A stretch of 64,000 nt of DNA. It comes from Candidatus Hodarchaeota archaeon. Lineage in GTDB: Archaea > Asgardarchaeota > Heimdallarchaeia > Hodarchaeales > Hodarchaeaceae. The position numbers and the translations under genes were made by a program. Positions 58,410 through 64,000 of the stretch are shown in pieces; position 1 is the first letter of the stretch, and the number at the start of each line of letters is the position of its first letter. The stretch covers positions 1 to 64,000 of the forward strand of contig JAEOTM010000038.1 in assembly GCA_016839815.1 (NCBI GenBank), written 5' to 3'. The notes below the pieces were generated by a model. It saw nothing but the letters and a program-made list of their open reading frames with translations. It was not told the origin of the DNA and did not search any database.

Positions 58410-61229
58410 ATGTCATTTGAATTTCTAGACAAAAGAATACAAGATATTCTTCGTGGTTTAGATATCACTCCAACTCCAGGTCAGCTTGAATACCTAAAAG
58501 CTATAATTTCCAATGAAGATGTTCTAGTTGTTGCATCTACTGGTTCGGGTAAGACTTTTGGTACAATCATTGCTTGTTTACATAAATTAATTACTCGATC
58601 CAATCTAACCCCAGTATGTATACTAGTAGTAACTCCCTTGAAGTCGTTAAATCGGGATATCTTTCGACGTGTATTACCCCAATTGTCATCAAAATTAGGA
58701 ATTACCATTGCAGTAAGACATGGGGATACAACTCAATATGAGCGACAAAAACAGACTAAGAATCCTCCTCATATCCTTATTACAACACCCGAATTGCTTC
58801 AAGCCCTTCTACCTGCAAAGATCTTTGGGAGAGTTCATTTAACGAATGTAGAAACAGTCATCATTGATGAAATCCATGAACTTGTAGAATCGAAAAGGGG
58901 GATTCAACTTTCACTTGCCTTGGAACGATTATCACACCGGGTGAATGCTCCCATTCAACGTATAGGGTTATCAGCAACTGTGGGCTCTCCCTCTGTTGTG
59001 ATGAATTTTCTTGCTCCAAAGAGTAAGAACACGAGGATTGTCGAAATTCCACGTTTAAAAGAACTAAATTTACAACTTAATTATCCAAAAACCTTATCCA
59101 CGGATTATAGCAATTTACCTAGTACTATCCATACAACTGAAGACGCAGCCTCACGATTTCAACGTTTATTGGAAATTATTGATCAAGAAGAAGGTACAGT
59201 TCTCTTATTTACCAATACTCGTCAACAGGCCGAAATTCTTGGTTATCGTTTTAAAATGTATAATGAATTTTCTCCTCATGAAAAACAAATATCTTTTGAG
59301 GTACATCATTCGAGTCTATCCACTCAAAGCCGATTACGAGCTGAAAATGATGTACGTGAAGGTGCTTTAGACTTAGTAATTGCTACCTCCTCACTAGAGC
59401 TAGGAATAGATATAGGCGCAATTAGCCTCGTAATCCAGTACATGAGCCCACGAAGAATTGAATCTCTGGTACAGAGAGTAGGGAGAGCAGGCCATGGTTT
59501 AGATAAAGAAAGTAGGGGGATTATTATTACAGAAACACCCCGAGAACTACTAGAGGCCTTTTTAATCAATAATCGGGTTTTAGAAGGGAAAGTCGAACCG
59601 ACAAGAATACATACTTATGCTTATGACATCTTGTTCCAGTCTATTATAGGCATCCTTCTCGATTTTGGTGAAACATCTGTTAAAACTATTCACAAGATTA
59701 TCTCACATGCGGCACCTTATCAACATTTTACTCTGAAAGAGTTAACGCCTCTTCTGAAATTTGGTAAAGATAATTACTTTTTTTCAGTAGAAAAGGATCC
59801 CAAAACTGGCAAAATTTCGATCAGAACTAAGCGTAAATCCTATAAGTTCTACTACTCGAATTTAAGCAGTATTCCTACCAAACGATCTTATAATGTTATC
59901 GATGTTGGATCTCAAGCACGTGTAGGTCAATTAGATGAAGGATTTATTGTTACACGTGGTGATAAAGGAGCGATTTTTATCTTAAATGGGACTCCTTGGG
60001 AATTATTAGCCATTAAAGATGAGAAAGTTGAAGTTAGACAAGTGAGAGGAATAACTGAAGCGACTATTCCAACATGGGAGGGAGAACTTATCCCTGTTTC
60101 ACAATTAGTATCCTCATCTGTAATGGAATTATTTGAAGACGATTCATCTATTCTCACAACTAACGAAGAAATTCAATATGAATTGAAGAAATTCATACGG
60201 GAACAACAAGAAAGGGGACTTACCCCTAAAAAAGGACGATTGCTGATTGAAACAACTGGTCGACAGATTGTGATTCACAGCTTTCTTGGTTCAAGAGGAA
60301 ACGAAACCCTCGGATTGTTACTATCAGCAGTCATTGGAGCTCGTCAGGGACACTCAATTCAATATCGTACAGATCCTTATAGTATTTTCTTATCCCTTGG
60401 CCGCCCAATCAGCCTCAAGAATATCATTGCAACGTTAGATCCTGAGCATATACAACCTCTATTGGAGCATCGTATTAAAAGTACTGATCTGTTTGCATGG
60501 CGACTGCGACAAGTTGCTAAACGATTTGGTGTCCTCTCCGAATCTGCTGAGAATTCAGTAATGATGACACGTTTCATTGTTTCAAGATACAAAGAAACTA
60601 TTGTTGGTCAAGAGGCAGTTAATGAGATTTTAAGTGAAAACATGAATCTAAAACATGTTATACAGTTCTTAGAGAAGATTCAGACAAAGGAAATTGTGAT
60701 TGAGGAAGTCTCTGTATCCTCTTTTGATACTCCCCTCTCTCATGCTGCTACAGAACCAATTTCCTCTAATGTTCTGAAATTGAAACCGTCAACCATTATT
60801 CTTGAGAAAATTGAGAAACGAATTCGTAATACTTGGGTTCGTCTTGTTTGTATGCGTTTATCCTGTAAATACGAAAAATTACAACGTATTGAAAGCCTTG
60901 ATGATATTCAATGTCCCCTTTGTCACTCTCGCTATATTGCAGTTGTTCATCAACACAAAACAGGAGTAAAATCTTTATTGAAGAGATCAACGAATAAAAA
61001 GTTAAAATTAACCAAGGATGAAAAGAAGGAACTTAATACAGCAAAGAAATCAGCAGATATCATTCTCTCATTTGGGAAAAAAGCAGCATTTGTGCTTGCA
61101 GGACGCGGGATAGGTCCAACAACGGCCATTCGAATTCTTCGTGAACCTCATAAAACGACTGAAGATCTTTTAACATCCATCTATCATCATGAAGCTAATT
61201 TCGCTCGTACTCGAGAGTACTGGGCCTAG
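58410..61229 (+). CDS. lhr: Lhr-family SF2 helicase with C-terminal Cys cluster
   Basis: STGSGKT, RHGDT, TTPE, DEIHE, SAT, HHSSLS, TSSLELGIDIG, QRVGRAGH; CMRLSC...CPLC; LAGRGIGP. Confidence 0.93.
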   Translation: MSFEFLDKRIQDILRGLDITPTPGQLEYLKAIISNEDVLVVASTGSGKTFGTIIACLHKLITRSNLTPVCILVVTPLKSLNRDIFRRVLPQLSSKLGITIAVRHGDTTQYERQKQTKNPPHILITTPELLQALLPAKIFGRVHLTNVETVIIDEIHELVESKRGIQLSLALERLSHRVNAPIQRIGLSATVGSPSVVMNFLAPKSKNTRIVEIPRLKELNLQLNYPKTLSTDYSNLPSTIHTTEDAASRFQRLLEIIDQEEGTVLLFTNTRQQAEILGYRFKMYNEFSPHEKQISFEVHHSSLSTQSRLRAENDVREGALDLVIATSSLELGIDIGAISLVIQYMSPRRIESLVQRVGRAGHGLDKESRGIIITETPRELLEAFLINNRVLEGKVEPTRIHTYAYDILFQSIIGILLDFGETSVKTIHKIISHAAPYQHFTLKELTPLLKFGKDNYFFSVEKDPKTGKISIRTKRKSYKFYYSNLSSIPTKRSYNVIDVGSQARVGQLDEGFIVTRGDKGAIFILNGTPWELLAIKDEKVEVRQVRGITEATIPTWEGELIPVSQLVSSSVMELFEDDSSILTTNEEIQYELKKFIREQQERGLTPKKGRLLIETTGRQIVIHSFLGSRGNETLGLLLSAVIGARQGHSIQYRTDPYSIFLSLGRPISLKNIIATLDPEHIQPLLEHRIKSTDLFAWRLRQVAKRFGVLSESAENSVMMTRFIVSRYKETIVGQEAVNEILSENMNLKHVIQFLEKIQTKEIVIEEVSVSSFDTPLSHAATEPISSNVLKLKPSTIILEKIEKRIRNTWVRLVCMRLSCKYEKLQRIESLDDIQCPLCHSRYIAVVHQHKTGVKSLLKRSTNKKLKLTKDEKKELNTAKKSADIILSFGKKAAFVLAGRGIGPTTAIRILREPHKTTEDLLTSIYHHEANFARTREYWA

Positions 61230-61242
61230 ATCTGTTTCTGTG

Positions 61243-62082
61243 CTAAAGATCTATTAAGAGTCCTAACTCGATTCCATCCGTCATTTGAATTCGAGTATCT
61301 GAATGATGTAGGATTGGTCGCAGTATAGGATAAGATTTATGACGTCTTTTACCTCCTCCGATGATATTTACCACATATCCAGATAAAAAATGATTATAGG
61401 TAGGTAAAATTGTAATAGGAACCAGATCAACCATACCAATTTCCTCTAATTCGAAAGGAAAATGAAATAGTGTAAATAAATCCTCTCTAGGAGTCGAGAG
61501 TCTCAGAAAAACTGGATATTTATGACGGATCTGTAGGTCATCCTTCAATTCAATCTCAGGATGGAGATGGCCAAGAATGATTTCTGAAGTGAAGACAATT
61601 TCCTTAAAAGGTGATATATTTCCATGAAAAACTCCAAGTTGGTTATTAAATAGGGGCGTTCCTTCAGAAGGCAAAATTTTACAAGTTTCAGCTAATTCTT
61701 GGTATATAGATATGTCATTCTCTCCCTGAACTAAGAAAATATTCAAATCCGGAATTTCAAGGATCTTAGATCGAAATTCATGTAGAATGGTACTCTGTAC
61801 ATCTTCGGGAATGAGTATATGATTTTCTTCATTCTTTTTCTTTCGGATTCGAAAGTGATGTTCAAGATCTCCACAAATTATCAAATGAGTGGGGCGTATT
61901 TTTAGGATATCGTTTCTTAGATTACGAATAATCTCAATTGACCAGTTTGGTTTTGTGGTCCAAAGGCCTCTTCCAAACCATTCAACATCGAATCCAAGAT
62001 GGAGATCAGACACAAAAAGGACTTTATTTCCGTTAAAGTTACGAACAAGCCAACGTCGGTCAATAGGATGATCGGTGAGCAT
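61243..62082 (-). CDS. Metallophosphoesterase (Lhr-associated MPE-like)
   Basis: SDLHLG, GDLEH, QGEND, FHGN, GHLHP, LPTYN. Confidence 0.85.
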   Translation of the reverse strand: MLTDHPIDRRWLVRNFNGNKVLFVSDLHLGFDVEWFGRGLWTTKPNWSIEIIRNLRNDILKIRPTHLIICGDLEHHFRIRKKKNEENHILIPEDVQSTILHEFRSKILEIPDLNIFLVQGENDISIYQELAETCKILPSEGTPLFNNQLGVFHGNISPFKEIVFTSEIILGHLHPEIELKDDLQIRHKYPVFLRLSTPREDLFTLFHFPFELEEIGMVDLVPITILPTYNHFLSGYVVNIIGGGKRRHKSYPILRPILHHSDTRIQMTDGIELGLLIDL

Positions 62083-62152
62083 TTTCTTTTAGGATCGGTA
62101 CTTAATTCATTGAGTGAGTATAGTTTGCATATAATTTATAGTATTCTTCAAA

Positions 62153-62863
62153 CTATCTGTTTGATCGACTAATCCGATTGCGTACTATAGGATTCTGTGA
62201 TTTTAAGTGATGAAGTGCTTGCTCAAAATTGGTATCTGGGGAAAGAGAATAATCAAGCAATAGTCCTGTTCTGCCTATTTTATCTCTACGTGTTAATACA
62301 CGGATTCGTTCATCAACGATTCTCTGAGAAACTCTCAACTGACTCATTGCGGTTTTTTTATTTCGTAAAAGCGATGAATACCAATAGCCTGCATTCATAG
62401 GCTCAATCAGGATTAATTGTTTTGTGACACCAGGCACACGATGTCCATCCAAAATTTGATGTAGTGAAACAATTCCTGAAAATCGGTAAAAGTCCGTTTC
62501 ACGTTCAGTTGGGGATGTCAAAGGAAAAGTTAACGAAATTTTCTTGTCTACCATCAATAACCCCTTAATGGTAGAGTTAGGTGTTCCCATAATAATTCTA
62601 CGATCAATGTTTCGGAATTCTTCAATAATTTCTAGACGAAATGATGGGATTAGGAACGGGATATGAATATCAACATCAGAGGATTGACTTATATCTCCTC
62701 TCGCCACTGATCCATGAACAAACGCTTTAATTCCACTTTCAATTAATTTAGTTAAATAAAATACCGATAATTTTCTTAATTGGGTTAATAACTTCTTCTC
62801 ATCTTTATTATAGGAATGAAAATCTCGATTTGTAGGTGAAGATGTTTTCTCTCGGGGCATCAC
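62153..62863 (-). CDS. Archaeal Pol-beta-like nucleotidyltransferase (COG2413-like)
   Basis: VHGSVARGDISQSSDVDI, E.DFYRFSG, RVPGV.KQL, ERIRVLTRRDKIGRTG. Confidence 0.9.
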   Translation of the reverse strand: MMPREKTSSPTNRDFHSYNKDEKKLLTQLRKLSVFYLTKLIESGIKAFVHGSVARGDISQSSDVDIHIPFLIPSFRLEIIEEFRNIDRRIIMGTPNSTIKGLLMVDKKISLTFPLTSPTERETDFYRFSGIVSLHQILDGHRVPGVTKQLILIEPMNAGYWYSSLLRNKKTAMSQLRVSQRIVDERIRVLTRRDKIGRTGLLLDYSLSPDTNFEQALHHLKSQNPIVRNRISRSNR

Positions 62864-62985
62864 AATGGGATTTTTATTATATAAACCTAAAAAATTTACT
62901 ATCGTAAAAGCTCTTACTCACTTTTAGTACCCTCATCCATCACTAGAAATCAGAAAGCTCCAGAAAAGGAACTAGAATATTGTTT

Positions 62986-63246
62986 CTACCAACCAGAAAC
63001 TGTAGATCCTCGTCCATATCGAATATCCAACGTCTTGGCGTCAAAATCAATAGAAAAGTCTAGCTCTGAACCAAAAGACGACTGAATTTTGGGAATCTCT
63101 CTAACGCATACTTTACATACATCTAATGAGGCAATGAATTGTACCAGACAAGATAATTCGCCTTGATCAATCGCTTCGTGAGTATAATTTCGAACACGAT
63201 AATCATGGATCCTTACATCGGAGAACGGTTGACTTATCTGCTGCAT
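62986..63246 (-). CDS. Hypothetical protein
   Basis: 86-aa ORF co-oriented with the downstream genes; CKVC; no recognised family. Confidence 0.4.
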   Translation of the reverse strand: MQQISQPFSDVRIHDYRVRNYTHEAIDQGELSCLVQFIASLDVCKVCVREIPKIQSSFGSELDFSIDFDAKTLDIRYGRGSTVSGW

Positions 63247-63413
63247 AAATACTTCATTCGTTCTACTAATTCTAAAGCAGGGATATTATGAGCATATTAC
63301 AATATCACTCTAAATAATGATAAGGATGAATTAAAATTTATCTAATCATCTGTTGACTGATTAAATAGACTAATTTAACGAAAAGATATAATATTCCGAT
63401 AATATCACTCTCA

Positions 63414-63731
63414 ATGGATTGTAAAAAGATGAGTAACTCGCAGGATCGATCTTTCCCGAAAAATAAAGAATCTATATCTTCCAGTTCTGTTTTAAGTCCA
63501 GTTTTATATTGGATACTATTTTTCGCAAGTATTTTGACAATATTACTTGGATTTTTCAGTATTACTGGAGTGATTATCAACACACTTCAAACTGATCAAT
63601 TAAATTTCTTTGATGGGCTACTAGTCGGCTTTTTATTAGTTATGGGTGGATTTGTATTACTCTTAGGTACAATCATTATGAAAAACTGGTCTCCCCCACC
63701 ATTTTCCGAAATGGAATCAGATTCATTGTGA
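63414..63731 (+). CDS. Small two-TM membrane protein
   Basis: Two long hydrophobic segments. Confidence 0.6.
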   Translation: MDCKKMSNSQDRSFPKNKESISSSSVLSPVLYWILFFASILTILLGFFSITGVIINTLQTDQLNFFDGLLVGFLLVMGGFVLLLGTIIMKNWSPPPFSEMESDSL

Positions 63732-63848
63732 ACAAACAGACGCTATCAGCGAGTTTGGGGAAAAACATCCTTTCCTGTGATTTATTTTGTGCCATTAGAT
63801 GTCAGTTTTTAAACAAAGAAGGGAATGCTATGTTAGGAGCAATTTTTT

Positions 63849-64000
63849 TTGGAACCTACGTTTACAGACCCTGGAGAGGTTATACCAGTTATAAAAGCCC
63901 TAGCTGATCCTACACGTTTAGGAATGCTCCTATCTATGAATTCTGCTTCTCCTAAAGGACTCACTGCTTCTCATTTAGCCGATAGACTTGGTAAAAAAAT
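63849..64000 (+). CDS. ArsR-family regulator, N-terminal part (runs off the window)
   Basis: Translated by hand from TTG 63849 after AGGAG: MEPTFTDPGEVIPVIKALADPTRLGMLLSMNSASPKGLTASHLADRLGKK. Confidence 0.8.
   Translation, partial: MEPTFTDPGEVIPVIKALADPTRLGMLLSMNSASPKGLTASHLADRLGKK

Noticed and set aside
1-64000. Provirus, transposon or selenoprotein/recoding signals
   Set aside because: No integrase, transposase, capsid or terminal repeats were recognised, and no gene appeared split by an in-frame TGA or frameshift on reading.

Overview
AT-rich, gene-dense archaeal chromosomal segment of about 60 CDSs. No rRNA, tRNA, CRISPR array, integrase or transposase was recognised. Several eukaryotic-signature-like genes point to an Asgard archaeon, probably Heimdallarchaeia/Hodarchaeales-like (inference): an Arf-related small GTPase, a longin-like protein, a uDENN/longin-like protein and a single-domain gelsolin. 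The left half (1-29 kb) is dominated by secreted or C-terminally anchored surface proteins and hydrolases: a NosD-like beta-helix, a PGF-CTERM-like glycoprotein, an LVIVD propeller, a DUF6259 glycoside-hydrolase-like protein, a beta-lactamase-like hydrolase, a clostripain and an M28-FtsX fusion. The right half holds metabolic genes, an Lhr helicase with a metallophosphoesterase, and regulators. Five candidates for undescribed systems stand out. (1) A tandem-TrmB regulator translationally coupled to an Arf-like GTPase and divergent from a uDENN/longin-like gene across a nested palindrome, with a longin-roadblock-like gene nearby (29.8-34.8 kb). (2) Two degenerate NAD-synthetase paralogues flanking an ion-transporter-superfamily permease with substituted binding motifs (54.4-58.1 kb). 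(3) A promoter-bearing, multi-hairpin minus-strand ncRNA candidate (44.1-44.3 kb). (4) A cell-anchored protein with two long amphipathic beta-hairpins (35.8-38.5 kb). (5) A ChpT/Spo0B-like pseudo-histidine kinase (4.3-5.0 kb). All family calls are by motif recognition only; no database search was run.
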